Shown here piece by piece: positions 62,819 through 64,000 of a stretch of 64,000 bases of DNA (positions are counted from its first letter, which is position 1; each line of letters begins with the position of its first letter). Under the pieces are notes generated by a model. That model had not been told where the DNA came from and searched no databases. It saw only the letters and a list, made by a program, of their open reading frames with translations. Source of the stretch: the human T2T-CHM13v2.0 reference genome, Homo sapiens. The position numbers and the translations under genes were made by a program. The stretch lies in the NCBI RefSeq assembly GCF_009914755.1, contig NC_060947.1; one strand, given 5' to 3'.

Positions 62819-62980
62819 TTCTTTTTTTTTAATTATACTTTAAGTTCTAGGGTACATGTGCACAACGTGCAGGTTTGTTACATATGTATACAGGTGCTGT
62901 GTTGGTGTGCTGCACCCATTAACTCATCATTTACATTAGGTATATCTCCTAATGTTATCCCTCCCCCCTCCCCCACCCAT
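62819..62980 (-). mobile_element. ~160-bp 5'-truncated L1PA4/5-like insertion, TSD GGA(C/T)ACCTTAATTTC
   Basis: poly(T)-AATTATACTTTAAGTTCTAGGGTACATGTGCAC...; 15-bp direct repeats at 62804-62818 and 62981-62995. Confidence 0.92.
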
Positions 62981-63284
62981 GGATACCTTAATTTCATTAC
63001 AGCACAGGCTTTTTTTTTTCTCCCTACCAGCTTACCTGATATTTCCTACTTTACCAACAACCAGATAAAAATATTAAACTATCTGTGTTCCTGTCTGGCA
63101 AAAATGGGTTACCAATGTCACCTTAAAACATCCATTACTCACTTCCATAGTTCTGAGGGGAAAAAAGTTAAAAAAATAAAATTTTAAAAATCCATCCACT
63201 TCTATAATTTTGAATAAAATACAAGTTATAAACTTCAGGGATCTTTGTGTCAAAGCAAAAAGATATATAACAACTATTAACTTA

Positions 63285-63455
<171 letters not shown>

Positions 63456-64000
63456 CTATATATTTCCTACGTCTCAGAATTATTATAAACATCAATAATG
63501 AAAAATATAATTCTAATGCTTTTCCTCTAGCAATTTTTTCTTTTATTTTCACAAAAACACAAAATTAAAAGGTTAGAAAAATGTTAACCATCTCTCCACT
63601 ACTATAACTACAGCTTGAACATTCCTTTCCAGTTTTTTCTGTATGTCTACAGATTTTACATATTTAAATTCACCATGCACATCATATAGCATTCTGATTC
63701 CCCCCAAAACAATTTTAAAGCATTTTTTCATGCTACTCAAGTCTCTATAATTATATTCAATGAACTCTAGCAAGTGGATTCAAACCAATCATTCTCCTCA
63801 CCAGTAGACTTCAGATATATACTCAATTCAATCTCAGCACTATAGTGACAACAGATAAAGAATAGCAGTACATATACTACCGAGTTTTAACCATACCCTA
63901 GTGTGAGAGAAATTTCTCCCCAAATCTAAATCTCTTTGTCCCATAAAAATCAAACAAAAAATACATGTATAAAATGGCAGTTCTATGATAACTGTCAACT

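Overview
Primate (almost certainly human or great-ape) genomic DNA. The whole window lies inside the X-linked THOC2 gene (THO/TREX mRNA-export complex subunit 2) on the minus strand. Thirteen GT-AG coding exons splice into one uninterrupted 1531-nt reading frame matching the THOC2 protein as I recall it ([10 protein letters not shown]...RAKYIMK). These are probably exons 3-15; the numbering is from memory. The introns are dense in transposons: about 38 Alu/FLAM copies, a full-length decayed L1PA7-like element, two twin-primed (5'-inverted) L1s, an HERV-K(HML-2) solo LTR5 with a 6-bp TSD, Tigger3/4, MER5A, MER58A, L2 and MIR. I cannot demonstrate a new biological system. The best leads are (i) cryptic poison or decoy splice elements in introns 3, 5 and 7, notably a 10-nt/117-nt stop-generating cassette 153 nt after exon 3, (ii) a 76-bp non-Alu inverted repeat 2.2 kb apart in intron 4 that predicts a long-range RNA duplex with A:C mismatches, and (iii) an open ORF0-homologous frame in the L1 5'UTR pointing toward exon 13. 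Exon boundaries were read by hand; repeat boundaries and subfamily calls are approximate.
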